Notes under the pieces: model-generated | What the model was told of the DNA's origin: nothing | Database searches by the model: none | What the model saw: the letters and a program-made list of their open reading frames with translations, nothing else | Position numbers and translations under genes: made by a program | Shown here: one piece after another, positions 43,201 through 51,740 of the stretch | How positions within the stretch are numbered: the stretch's first letter is position 1 | How the letters are laid out: each line of letters opens with the position of its first letter | NCBI GenBank assembly: GCA_964455625.1 | Contig: CAYVXZ010000005.1 | Coordinates: forward strand, 9,632-73,631 | Reading direction: 5' to 3' | Source: an uncultured Planctomycetales bacterium | GTDB lineage: Bacteria; Planctomycetota; SBBH01 | Length of the DNA stretch: 64,000 bases

Positions 43201-43460
43201 GGTGCCGGCTGTCCCTCTACGCAGACGCGACGGGAAAATCCGGGCGGACCGATGAGCTCGCGGGGCGCGGCGGCGAGCGGCTCGACGGCCTTCCGGCGCG
43301 CTCGTTCCGGTTCAGGGTCGACTGGGACATCCCGGACGACGACGCACTCCGGGACGCACCGAGCGGTCAGGGAGGAACCGGTGCCTTCGTCAACCCGCCC
43401 GTCTTCGAGGACCTGTGGATCGCCTTGGCCGGACGGCCTCAATGGAACTTCTGGAAGTAA
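40254..43460 (+). CDS. giant (~1068 aa) pseudopilin-like protein, paralog 3 (translationally coupled to paralog 2)
   Basis: Start ATG at 40254 overlaps the paralog-2 stop by 14 nt. MPRTDRARTGVVLALTSGLLTALAFAVLIF; NPSFARGEPW, DADGDGRYSADEIWTDLDGNGRYTAWSGRLRG, VNVNGGDVG, LSRRPVGGFRSRNDLARAL, WLDLNGAPRAVLASFW; C-terminal LRIVLNGSVVHDAV. Confidence 0.65.
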   Translation: MPRTDRARTGVVLALTSGLLTALAFAVLIFTQIVRISATVLSAASGRADGELAAESGMHWAAGHLAEKPARFDIPRTAVARPDDWQYRDGAEYRWTPDGPDPLPEDLQESFNPSFARGEPWHDADGDGRYSADEIWTDLDGNGRYTAWSGRLRGPRPPLGHSFSIRIDPGPSSRVNVNGGDVGKPWSATAPWRFKGLPADSGNDQLACHLNLLGASLGIRDYTIANVDNAAIKPVLVSDLGAEILSRRPVGGFRSRNDLARALIDGGALTRDQWSRLSPHLALHETRNTAGRTWLDLNGAPRAVLASFWMHRRGGATSPCLSYSGADLLIGGTPVLDPWTQTNWGASAFVFPEEATTMADEIHLAKRMFGMLESYLEVFRTLWESLQGPDGHLCPDDPTTSIPEPALYATEKARILMAASFPDAVTQNGSSGGSQIGRLMGVLSSVGSWEWDPDDIQGNDVLAVNLKTIPEGTRIIPLDGDGYHEASPYSGLTGFAAVWPDRALWLGPIRDFEVSCLAHSIGGTLAVRSADVRILTGIHLNSQEDFENLGTIRTGSDPNAGIRRFLTDGVETAGLSRYDRVQSLPDFSKRSHWRAGMTGFDMKVGALTLAEAVPDFPASPAPTAQAVMAPHADGNETLAGNWLDTTYMGGQDHVRLKGTYPFADDGPDALFAHGDPFEIQPSQMATGTKPLDKCDPCWTGNIRTYFLSLDASDGIPAPLRSGPPPCPASSPHSDLARMWQSGGIEAWVDFTGGTVWEASADFDFGPGLLLPQSLTLSRGETQYFLEWRYEIPVVWEDLNGSRVVDPGDTYWIASSNTGDNRIAWDIPTRGVPWVRPLPDHLVVEWQTLRYVPNRGNLDALEIRTRLRIVLNGSVVHDAVHTFNQDLQGTAPFVPILSRRIAADGRFDSQLAIKCYADQVALYNGFGAGDFRTANPRPCRDRFERQGWYESPLHVLPQTMRPLWAAWTGVASEQMRVSAPQAMRCRLSLYADATGKSGRTDELAGRGGERLDGLPARSFRFRVDWDIPDDDALRDAPSGQGGTGAFVNPPVFEDLWIALAGRPQWNFWK

Positions 43461-43476
43461 ATCCGGCTCAACAAAA

Positions 43477-43513
43477 GCCGGCGGGGACGCCGCTGAACGG
43501 AGCCCCCGCCGGC
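43477..43513 (-). terminator. GC-rich hairpin between convergent genes; intrinsic terminator for the EF-hand B transcript
   Basis: Perfect 10-bp inverted repeat GCCGGCGGGG...CCCCGCCGGC with a 17-nt loop. On the minus strand it is followed by CUUUUGUUG. No U-tract on the plus strand. Confidence 0.5.
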
Positions 43514-43527
43514 CGTCGCTTCGGGTC

Positions 43528-44112
43528 CTACTTGTTCTTCCGGTGCTTGATCTTCTCGCGCGCCTTCTCGCCGGCGCGGTCGTCCTTGTGCTCCTTGTGG
43601 AACTTCCTCTCGCGGTCGAGCTGCTCCTTCCCCTCGCGGCGCGTCAGGGAGCCGTCGCCGTCGGTGTCGGCCCGGTCGAACCGCTTCCCCCCGAAAAGCC
43701 GCTCCTCGAGCGGCGTCGCCTCCGCCTTCGCCTCGGCGCGGGTCAGGCCGCCGCTCCCGTCGGCGTCGGCCCGCTCGAACCGCTCGCTGTTGCGCTCCGG
43801 GTCCCCGTACGCCTTCTTCCAGCGATCGGTCCCCTGGCGGTGCCTGCGGCACATCTCGTGGAAGAGATGGCGCTTCAGGCGCCCGTTCCCGTCGGAGACC
43901 CGCTTCCACCAGGCCCGGTCGGCCTCGCAGCCGTCGGTGAGGCCGGCCGCGGCCGCCTCCTCGAACGTGATCTCCCCGTCCTTGTCGGCATCGGTCCGGG
44001 CGAACGTCTCCTCGTCCCCGGCGTCGATCGACTCCACCTCTTCGGCCCGGACGCCCCCTCCGGCGAGGCATCCCGCGACCAGGATCCATCCCATCATCTT
44101 CCCGCTTTCCAT
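43528..44112 (-). CDS. EF-hand calcium-binding lipoprotein, paralog B
   Basis: Start ATG at 44112 (MESGKMMGWILVAGC, lipobox-like; AAAGGAAA RBS). Three EF loops: DADKDGEITFEE, DADGSGGLTRAE, DTDGDGSLTRRE. The 3' 213 nt are identical to paralog A. Confidence 0.8.
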   Translation of the reverse strand: MESGKMMGWILVAGCLAGGGVRAEEVESIDAGDEETFARTDADKDGEITFEEAAAAGLTDGCEADRAWWKRVSDGNGRLKRHLFHEMCRRHRQGTDRWKKAYGDPERNSERFERADADGSGGLTRAEAKAEATPLEERLFGGKRFDRADTDGDGSLTRREGKEQLDRERKFHKEHKDDRAGEKAREKIKHRKNK

Positions 44113-44166
44113 GCACGTTTCCTTTCTGGCACGCATGCCGTTATCCCTCACCGGATGAATAGTCAG

Positions 44167-44183
44167 GCATTTCCCGTGCCAAC
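44167..44183 (-). promoter_or_regulatory. sigma-54 (-24/-12) promoter upstream of EF-hand gene B
   Basis: Minus strand reads TTGGCACGGGAAATGC (TGGCACG-N4-ATGC), the same architecture as the promoter of paralog A. Confidence 0.6.
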
Positions 44184-44273
44184 GATCATGCCTGGCAGGG
44201 AAACACGAAACGGTCCTGATACTGTCCTGGAATCCTACGATTGCCGGAAAATACCCCGGCTGGCCGGGGGGCG

Positions 44274-45002
44274 TCAGCCGGCGCGGGCCAGGACCTCGCG
44301 CGAGGGGCCGTCGTCCACGATCCGGCCGTCCACGAGACGGATCACCCGGTCGGTGCGGGCCGCCATGTGGGGGTCGTGCGTGACGACGACGATCGTCTGG
44401 CGCTTCTCCCGCGCGAGACGCTCGAAGATCTCGAAGACGCGGTCGGAGTTCTTCGTGTCGAGGTTTCCGGTCGGCTCGTCCCCCAGGACCACGAGCGGGT
44501 CGTTGGCGAGGCTCCGGGCGATCGCGACCCGCTGCTGCTCGCCGCCGGACAGCCTCTCCGGGATCCGGTCGAGCTTGTCCGCGAGGCCGAAATCCGCCAG
44601 GAGCGCCGTCGCGCGGGCGCGCGCCACGGCCGCGGGGACCCCCGCCTTCGCCATCGGCATCATCACGTTCTCGAGCGCGGTGAACTCGTGCAGGAGGTAG
44701 TGGAACTGGAAGATGAACCCGAGCTTGCGGTTCCGGAGCTCCGACAGCCCCTCCGATGAAAGACCCGAGATCCCGGTCCCGTCTACGAGCACCTCTCCCG
44801 ACGTCGGGCGGTCGAGCGCCCCCAGGAGGTACATCAGGGTCGACTTCCCGCTACCCGAGGGGCCGATGATCGCGCAGAACTCGCCGCGGCGGATCGTCAG
44901 GTCGATCCCGTGGAGGATCTCGTTCGCGGCCTCCCCGGTCCCCAGGGTGCGCTTGAGCGCGCGCGTCGCCAGGGCCGGCGCTTCCGCCTCCGGCGGCGTC
45001 AC
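44274..45002 (-). CDS. ABC transporter ATP-binding protein (LolD/MacB-type)
   Basis: GTG start at 45002; EILHGIDLTIRRGEFCAIIGPSGSGKSTL...LSGGEQQRVAIARSLANDPLVVLGDEPTGNLD. Confidence 0.85.
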   Translation of the reverse strand: MTPPEAEAPALATRALKRTLGTGEAANEILHGIDLTIRRGEFCAIIGPSGSGKSTLMYLLGALDRPTSGEVLVDGTGISGLSSEGLSELRNRKLGFIFQFHYLLHEFTALENVMMPMAKAGVPAAVARARATALLADFGLADKLDRIPERLSGGEQQRVAIARSLANDPLVVLGDEPTGNLDTKNSDRVFEIFERLAREKRQTIVVVTHDPHMAARTDRVIRLVDGRIVDDGPSREVLARAG

Positions 45003-46258
45003 GCGTGCCCCCGCAGGATCTCGACCGGGTCGAGCCGTCCCGCGCGCCAGGCCGGGACCAGCGCCGCCAGCGCCGTGCAGACGAGCGCCACGGCCGAGGC
45101 CTGCACGTACAGCTTGGGGGAGTTGTGCATCAGGAGGTGCTCCGTCTCGATGAGGCCCCGCTGGGGAAGCGGGATCGACGCCAGGAACTCCGTCAGGTGG
45201 TACCCCAGCGTGCAGCCGGCGACGACCCCCAGGAGGCCGATCCCGACCCCCTCCATGAAGAAGGTGAGCGAGATGTCCCGCGCGGTGAACCCCATGCTCT
45301 TCAGCATCGCGATCTCGGGGAACTTCTCGAGGACCAGCATGATGAGGACGTTCAGGATCCCGAAGGCGGCCACCGTCATGATCCCGATCGTGATGACCCA
45401 CGTGATCGCCGCCTGCACGACGAAGATCGACAGGAAATCGGCGTTCGCCTCCTGCCAGCTCTCGGTCTTGTAGCCGATCACCGACTCGATCCGGGCGGCG
45501 GTGAGGTCGGCGCGCTGGTAGTCCGCCGTCCGGACGACGATGCGGTTGACGTCGCGTCCCGTCCCCAGGAGCTGCTGGGCGAGCGAGAGGAGGGCGTAGG
45601 CCCGCACGTCGTCGACGGTGACAAGCCCCGTGCGCAGGATCCCGACCACCTTGAGAGGACGGATCTGCCCGGTCCCGAGCACCGCCGTGACGGTGTCGCC
45701 GTGCCCCACCCCGAGCTTCGTGGCCAGGCCATGCCCCAGGATCACCGCGCCGCCCGCCGAGTAGAGGTCGGTCGAGCGGCCGACGGAGAGGTCCGGGTCG
45801 ATCGCCATCACCCGTTCCTGCGATTCCGGAGTGATCCCCACCACGGAGGCCGGCACCTCGCGCCCGCCGTAGGCCAGGACCGCGCTCCCGACGACGTTCG
45901 GGGCGGCGGCGACGACGTCGTCCATCCCCCGCAGGGCCGTCAGGATCTCGAGCGGCTTCTTGATCCGGGGGGTGCGCTCGCGGGGGCGCTCGGAGACGGC
46001 CGTCGCCGTCCCGCCGGCGGCGCGCCCCGCCCAGGCGGCGAAACTCGTCGAGCCGGTCCTCGGCTCGTCATAGATCGTGATGTGGGGGCTCGACTCGATC
46101 GCGTCGGCGACGAACTTCACCTGGAAACCGTCCATCATGCCGCCCAGGGCCACCATGAAGGCGACCCCCAGCGCCACCCCGCCCACCGAGATCGCCGTCC
46201 GGAAAGGATTGTGGGAAAGGTGCCGGACCGCGATGGAAAGGAGGGAAATTCCCCTCAC
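44999..46258 (-). CDS. ABC transporter permease (FtsX/MacB/LolCE-like)
   Basis: GTG start at 46258 (VRGISLLSIAVRHLSHNPFRTAISVGGVALGVAFMV). Large periplasmic loop then three C-terminal TM helices. GTGA overlaps at both ends. Confidence 0.8.
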   Translation of the reverse strand: MRGISLLSIAVRHLSHNPFRTAISVGGVALGVAFMVALGGMMDGFQVKFVADAIESSPHITIYDEPRTGSTSFAAWAGRAAGGTATAVSERPRERTPRIKKPLEILTALRGMDDVVAAAPNVVGSAVLAYGGREVPASVVGITPESQERVMAIDPDLSVGRSTDLYSAGGAVILGHGLATKLGVGHGDTVTAVLGTGQIRPLKVVGILRTGLVTVDDVRAYALLSLAQQLLGTGRDVNRIVVRTADYQRADLTAARIESVIGYKTESWQEANADFLSIFVVQAAITWVITIGIMTVAAFGILNVLIMLVLEKFPEIAMLKSMGFTARDISLTFFMEGVGIGLLGVVAGCTLGYHLTEFLASIPLPQRGLIETEHLLMHNSPKLYVQASAVALVCTALAALVPAWRAGRLDPVEILRGHA

Positions 46259-47487
46259 CGGGCCGCCTCTCCCGCCCGGACGCGCTGGCCGTCCGAAAGC
46301 TCCCCGACGTCGCGGGCGACGACGACCTCTCCCTCCGAAACCCCCGAGAGGACCTCGCACGTCTCGAAATTCGCCAGGCCCGTCGTGACGGCCCGCTCCG
46401 CGAGACGCGCGCCGTCCGTGACGAACACCGTCCCGCGCGGCGTGACGGCCCCGCGCGGGATCACGAGGGCGTCGTCCTTGCGGTCGACGACGATCCCCAG
46501 CTCCACGCTCATCCCCGAGAACGCCTCCTGGGTCTCCCCGACGCGCGTCCGCCCGCGAAGCCCCCCGGGACTGTCCGCGTCAGGCGCGAAGACGGCCGCG
46601 TCGAAGCGGACCCGCACGAGGTAGGTCTTCGTGTCGCGCGCGGCGTCCGGCAGGATCTCCTCGACCGTCCCGAAGGCCGGCTCGACGCCGCCCGCGAGGC
46701 GCGCGAGGACGGCCTGACCCGTCCGGACCCGCGCGATGTCGTCCTCGTCGACGTCCGCCTCGATCAGGAGATCCCGCAGGTCTCCCACCTTCACGAGCTC
46801 CCGCTCGACCCCGGCGTACTCCCCCGGCTCGGCGTCGAGGCTCATCACCACCCCGTCGATGGGCGAGGCGATCCGGTCGTCCTCCTCCTGGGCGGCGATC
46901 GTCGCCAGCTCCGCCGCGAAGCGGCGCTTCTGGCTCGCGAGCTGCTCCTGCTCGCGGCGGTACTGCTCCTCCAGCGTCCGGCGGCTCTCGGCCGCCGCGC
47001 GCGCCTTGCTCTCCAGCTCGTCCAGCTCCTGGCGCGTGGAAGCGCCCGCCTCGAAGACGGCGCGCCGGCGCGCGAGCTCCCGCTCGGCCCAACCGGCCTG
47101 CGCCGCCGCCTCGCCGATCCGCGCCTCGAACGCCTGGCGGAACGGGCTCCCCTCGGCCAGGTCGCGCTCGGCCTGCGCGAGATCCGCCCGGATCCGGTCG
47201 CGGCGGCTCTCGCGCGGGGTGTCGCGCAGGACGAGCAGGGTCTCTCCCGCGCGCACCTCCTGGCGCTCGCGGACCGCCACGGAATCGATCACGCCGGCGC
47301 GCGGGGCCCGCAGGGTCCGCCAGCGCCGCGGCTCCACGCGCCCCGTGGCGAACACCGTCACGACCGCGGGACCCCTCTTCACGGCGGCGGTCTCCACGCG
47401 CGGCGGGTTGACGAGGGAACGGACGACGGGGACCGCGATCGCCAGGAGCAGCAGCGCGGCCGCCGCGGCCAGGAGCGCCTTCTTCAC
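46255..47487 (-). CDS. efflux RND/MacA-type periplasmic adaptor (HlyD-like membrane fusion protein)
   Basis: Signal anchor MKKALLAAAAALLLLAIAV; long coiled-coil (LAQAERDLAEG...ELDELESKARAAAESRRTLEEQYRREQEQL); beta-barrel/lipoyl segments. Confidence 0.8.
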   Translation of the reverse strand: MKKALLAAAAALLLLAIAVPVVRSLVNPPRVETAAVKRGPAVVTVFATGRVEPRRWRTLRAPRAGVIDSVAVRERQEVRAGETLLVLRDTPRESRRDRIRADLAQAERDLAEGSPFRQAFEARIGEAAAQAGWAERELARRRAVFEAGASTRQELDELESKARAAAESRRTLEEQYRREQEQLASQKRRFAAELATIAAQEEDDRIASPIDGVVMSLDAEPGEYAGVERELVKVGDLRDLLIEADVDEDDIARVRTGQAVLARLAGGVEPAFGTVEEILPDAARDTKTYLVRVRFDAAVFAPDADSPGGLRGRTRVGETQEAFSGMSVELGIVVDRKDDALVIPRGAVTPRGTVFVTDGARLAERAVTTGLANFETCEVLSGVSEGEVVVARDVGELSDGQRVRAGEAAR

Positions 47488-47538
47488 GGCCAGTACTCTA
47501 TGCGCGCCGGCGCGGGACGTCCATCCGGCGGCGGCGGC

Positions 47539-48141
47539 TCAAAAAAGGGTCGAGATCGCCCCGGTTCCGCGCAGCAGCTCGACGAGCTCCCACAGGAAGA
47601 AGGCCCAGACGAACCACATGGCGTCCAGGATCGCCTTGCGGATCTTGTCGGGGGGGATCGAAAGCGACTCCGGCTCGTGGTACAGGCGGAAGTCGGGAAA
47701 CCAGCGCGGCGTGCGGGCGCGGTAGGCCGCGTAGGCGTCGCCGAACGCCGCCGCAAGCACCCGCTCCTCCCGCCTCACCGCGAACGGGTAGTAGGCCGCG
47801 AAGGCACCCCCCATCACGAGCGCCAGGCAGGGGTTCTCCACGGCCAGGCCGAAGCCGACGGCGCCGATGAAGCTGAACACGTACAGCGGATTGCGCGTGA
47901 CCGAGTAGGGCCCTTCCATGACAAGGACGTTGTTCTTCTTCCCCCCCACGAACGCCAGGCACCAGACGCGTCCGAATGCCGCGACGACCAGCATGGCGAA
48001 CCCCGCCAGTTCCGAGGCGCCGGCCATCCAGGGGGAAAGCGGGACGGGCGGCGCGGCGAGGAGCACGTAGGCCAGGAGGAGGAGGCCGAGCAAGCGGCTC
48101 AAGGAAACCCGCCGGCTGGTCGAGAAGGACGTGTCGCTCAT
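47539..48141 (-). CDS. isoprenylcysteine carboxyl methyltransferase (ICMT/PEMT)-family membrane methyltransferase
   Basis: VLVMEGPYSVTRNPLYVFSFIGAVGFGL...AFGDAYAAYRARTPRW. Confidence 0.7.
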   Translation of the reverse strand: MSDTSFSTSRRVSLSRLLGLLLLAYVLLAAPPVPLSPWMAGASELAGFAMLVVAAFGRVWCLAFVGGKKNNVLVMEGPYSVTRNPLYVFSFIGAVGFGLAVENPCLALVMGGAFAAYYPFAVRREERVLAAAFGDAYAAYRARTPRWFPDFRLYHEPESLSIPPDKIRKAILDAMWFVWAFFLWELVELLRGTGAISTLF

Positions 48142-48251
48142 GCGCGCGCGGAGCCCTCCGGCATCCGCGCAAGGATATCCTGAAACGGCCCGCCGCCACG
48201 CCGCTTTGTTTGCTGTTGGGGGATCGTTCCCCGCCCCTTATCCTGCCCCGG

Positions 48252-49649
48252 ATGCCGGGCCCGACATCCGACGCGAAAAGGCCCTCCCTCGCGGGCCTCC
48301 CCTCCGTCGACGCCATCCTGCACGTCCCGCCCGTCGCGACGCTCGTCCTCTCGGCGCCGCGGCTCCTCGTGGTCGATGCCGTCCGGACCGCGATCGCGCG
48401 GGCGCGCGCGGCCGCCCTGAAGGGGATCGCGCCCGACCCGGCGGCGATCGCCCGGGACGCCGCCCGGATCCACGCCGAGGAGCGGCGCCGGGGGCTCGTC
48501 CGGGTCATCAACGCCACGGGTGTGATCCTGCACACGGGGCTGGGACGCGCGCCGCTTTCCATCCGGGCGCGCCAGGCCCTCGAGGCGCTCTCCGGTTACG
48601 GAAGCCTGGAACTCGACCTCGCCACCAACGAACGCGGCCAGCGCGACGCCCACGTGGCGCGCCTCCTCGCGCGCCTCACCGGCGCGCAGGACGGGTGCGT
48701 GGTGAACAACAACGCCGCCGCGACCCTGATCGCGCTCTCGTCGCTCGCGGCCGGGAAAGAGGTGATCGTCGCGCGCGGCCAGCTCGTCGAGATCGGCGGG
48801 TCGTTCCGCCTCCCCGAGGTGATGGAGAAGTCCGGCGCGCGCCTGCGCGAGGTCGGGGCCACCAACAAGGTGCGCCTCTCCGACTACGCCAGGGCGATCA
48901 ACAAGGGGACCGGCCTGATCATGCGCGTCCACACCTCCAACTACAAGGTGATGGGATTCACCGAGGAGGTCCCGATCGAGGACCTGGTGAAGCTGGGCCG
49001 CCGGCACAGGATCCCGGTGATGGACGACATCGGAAGCGGCGCCCTCGTCGATTTCTCCCGCTGGGGGCTCCCCGAAGAGCCGACCGCCCGGCGCAGCATC
49101 AAGGCCGGGGCGGACATCGTCTGTTTCAGCGGCGACAAGCTGTTGGGCGGCCCCCAGGCGGGGATCCTGATCGGAAAAAAGCCCGCCGTCGCGGCGATCC
49201 GGAAGAACCCCTTCTACCGGGCGGTGCGGGTGGGGAAATCGACCCTCGCCCCCCTGCAGGCGACCTTGGAAAGCTATCTCTCGGGAGAGGACCAGGCGAT
49301 CCTGCAGATCCCCACTCTCTGGATGATCCGCCAGACGGAGGCCTCCCTCAAGGACCGGGCCGAGACCCTGGCCCGGCGGATCGCCGACGCGGCCCCCGCC
49401 CTCGCCGTCTCGGCCGAGAGGACGGATTCCCAGCTCGGCTCCGGCTCCATGCCGACGCACGACCTCCCCAGCTGGGCGGTGGCGATCACCACCCCGAAGG
49501 CGGCCGGGCTTGCCCGTCGCCTGCGCGAGGGGACGCATCCGGTCCTCGCGCGCATCCAGAAGGGGAAGATCCTCCTCGACCTCCGGACCGTGGACCTCTC
49601 CGAGGAAAAGGAGATCGTCGCGGCCTGCGAGAGCCTGCTCAAGGACTAG
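48252..49649 (+). CDS. selA: L-seryl-tRNA(Sec) selenium transferase
   Basis: MPGPTSDAKRPSLAGLPSVDAILH...VINATGVILHTGLGRAPL...FSGDKLLGGPQAGILIG; start set at the internal Met (48252) by homology. Confidence 0.85.
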   Translation: MPGPTSDAKRPSLAGLPSVDAILHVPPVATLVLSAPRLLVVDAVRTAIARARAAALKGIAPDPAAIARDAARIHAEERRRGLVRVINATGVILHTGLGRAPLSIRARQALEALSGYGSLELDLATNERGQRDAHVARLLARLTGAQDGCVVNNNAAATLIALSSLAAGKEVIVARGQLVEIGGSFRLPEVMEKSGARLREVGATNKVRLSDYARAINKGTGLIMRVHTSNYKVMGFTEEVPIEDLVKLGRRHRIPVMDDIGSGALVDFSRWGLPEEPTARRSIKAGADIVCFSGDKLLGGPQAGILIGKKPAVAAIRKNPFYRAVRVGKSTLAPLQATLESYLSGEDQAILQIPTLWMIRQTEASLKDRAETLARRIADAAPALAVSAERTDSQLGSGSMPTHDLPSWAVAITTPKAAGLARRLREGTHPVLARIQKGKILLDLRTVDLSEEKEIVAACESLLKD

Positions 49650-49903
49650 AAGACCCTCCGGATGGCGCCGTTGCTCCGCTCATGCGGCCCCTGATGCCGG
49701 AAGCGGGTCGCCGGGGACGTTCCTCGCGGCGTCCTGCCGCTCGTCACTCGGGTTGCGCCGCCGCCCGCGAGGCGCGGGGACGGCTACGGGCCTCCGCATC
49801 CTTGCTCCGGAGCGCGCTCCACACGCCCCGGACGACCGCTCCCGACCGGGGCCGCGCGCGTTCGCATGCGTCCGGCTCTGGATGAACCGAACGAACGCGA
49901 CGG

Positions 49904-50072
49904 CGTGCGCCCCGCGGCGGGAGCCTTTTCGGGGGCCTGATGTCGTCGGGTCGTTCAGGACGTGCTAGACCCGACGATATCGGAGCGACGAGGCGGCACG
50001 GATGCCGCCGAGGAAGCGTCCCCCGACAAAGGCGAACCGCCGGAAGGGGCGCCGAAGCCGAGCAAAGGCACC
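49904..50072 (+). repeat. intergenic structured repeat element, copy 2
   Basis: Same core as 28092..28283. The hairpin arms carry compensatory substitutions (GTCGGGTC...GACCCGAC versus GCCGGGCC...GGCCCGGC). Confidence 0.8.
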
Positions 50073-50393
50073 ATTGAGACTTTAGAGCCACCGAAAATAA
50101 CTGGGCTCTGGCGCGGCGCGCGAGATTGCGGCCGATGGCAAGACGCGGCGAGGAGGCAACCCTGGCGGAACGGGTTTCCGACGAGCCGCAACGCCGCCAC
50201 GCGGCCGCAAGATCCTGCGCCCCTCCGGGTTGCGGCGGGGCTGGGCCGTCTCCGGTGTCGCTCCTCCTCATCGTATTTCCCCTCAATACGTTTCGTCGTC
50301 GCTCCTGGGATCCGGCCCAGCCGCGCTCGCAACGCGCCGAGATCCAGTTTTTTCCGGTGGCTCTTAGGCTAAAAAGCCGAAAAACAGGGTTGG

Positions 50394-51740
50394 ATGGGTG
50401 TCTCGCAACTGTTCCTGCCGGAAATCCTCGACGCCTTGAGCGCGCACGACCCGGAGAGCCTGCGCGCCATCTTCGAGTCCCTGCACCCTTCCGACATCGC
50501 CGAGATCCTGGCGAAGCTCGACCCCGAGCGGATCGCCGAGATCGTGAAGGTCCTGGACGCCAAGCACGGGATCGCCGTCTTCGAGCAGCTCCCGCTGGCC
50601 CAGCAGTCCCAGGTCCTCCGGATCGTGGGCCGCAAGGAGATGATCCGGCTCCTCGAGGACCTCTCCTCCGACGACCGGGTGGACGTGATCCGGCACCTGC
50701 CGCCGGAGACGGTCGACGAGATCCTGCCCCTGATGGCGCAGGCGGAACGCGACGACGTCCGGAAGCTCCTCCAGTACCAGGAGGGGACCGCCGGATCGGT
50801 CATGACCACGGAGTACGCCTCGCTCCCCCCCGCGATCACCGTGGGCGAGGCGATCCAGACGATCCGCCATGTCGCCCCCGAGCGCGAGACGATCTACGTC
50901 ATCTACGTCGTCGACCCGGACCGAAAGCTCCTCGGGACGCTGTCGCTCCGCGATCTCGTCATCGCGAAGCCGGAAGTGAGGATCGAGGACCTGATGAACC
51001 CCAACCCCGTCTTCATGCGCGTCACCGACGACCGCGAGGACGTGGCGCGCGCCCTGGGGAAGTACGACCTCATCGCGATCCCGATCGTGGACGACGACCA
51101 CCGCCTCGTCGGGATCGTGACGCACGACGACGTGATCGACATCCAGCGCCAGGAGCAGACCGAGGACGTCCACCGGATGGGCGCGGTCGGGCGCCTCGAC
51201 GTCCCCTACCTGAAGGCGAACTTCTGGAACGTGGCCGCCAAGCGCGGCAGCTGGCTCGCGATCCTGTTTGTCGGGGGGACGCTCACGAGCCTCGCCATCC
51301 ACCGGTTCGACGCGACCCTGACGGCCTACGCCCACCTGGCGTGGTTCCTGCCGCTCATCATCGCCTCCGGCGGGAATTCGGGCAGCCAGTCGGCCACCCT
51401 GATCATCCGGGCGCTCGCAGTGGGCGATGTGACGCCGCAGGACTGGATGCGGATCCTCAAGCGCGAGCTCGTGACGAGCCTCCTCCTGGGATGCGCGCTC
51501 GCGGTCCTGGGGATGGCGTTCACGCGGTTCTGGAACCTCGACGGGATGTCGAGCGCGGTCGTGAGCCTCTCCCTCTTTCTCGTCGTCCTCTACGGGACGG
51601 TGGTCGGGGGGCTGCTTCCGATCGGGATCCAGAAGATGGGACTCGACCCCGCGATCACGTCGTCCCCGTTCATCTCCTGCCTCGTGGACGTGTCGGGGAT
51701 CGTCATCTACCTGACGGTCGCGACGCTGGTCCTGCGCTGA
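50394..51740 (+). CDS. mgtE: magnesium transporter MgtE
   Basis: N-terminal MgtE_N domain, two CBS motifs and a C-terminal TM domain (GGNSGSQSATLIIRALAVG). Confidence 0.9.
   Translation: MGVSQLFLPEILDALSAHDPESLRAIFESLHPSDIAEILAKLDPERIAEIVKVLDAKHGIAVFEQLPLAQQSQVLRIVGRKEMIRLLEDLSSDDRVDVIRHLPPETVDEILPLMAQAERDDVRKLLQYQEGTAGSVMTTEYASLPPAITVGEAIQTIRHVAPERETIYVIYVVDPDRKLLGTLSLRDLVIAKPEVRIEDLMNPNPVFMRVTDDREDVARALGKYDLIAIPIVDDDHRLVGIVTHDDVIDIQRQEQTEDVHRMGAVGRLDVPYLKANFWNVAAKRGSWLAILFVGGTLTSLAIHRFDATLTAYAHLAWFLPLIIASGGNSGSQSATLIIRALAVGDVTPQDWMRILKRELVTSLLLGCALAVLGMAFTRFWNLDGMSSAVVSLSLFLVVLYGTVVGGLLPIGIQKMGLDPAITSSPFISCLVDVSGIVIYLTVATLVLR

Noticed and set aside
50320-50360. Rho-independent terminator at the T6 run upstream of mgtE
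   Set aside because: The preceding GCGC palindrome is only about 5 bp and is separated from the T-run by ~10 nt, which is not a convincing terminator geometry. It is kept only as a note within the mgtE-leader finding.
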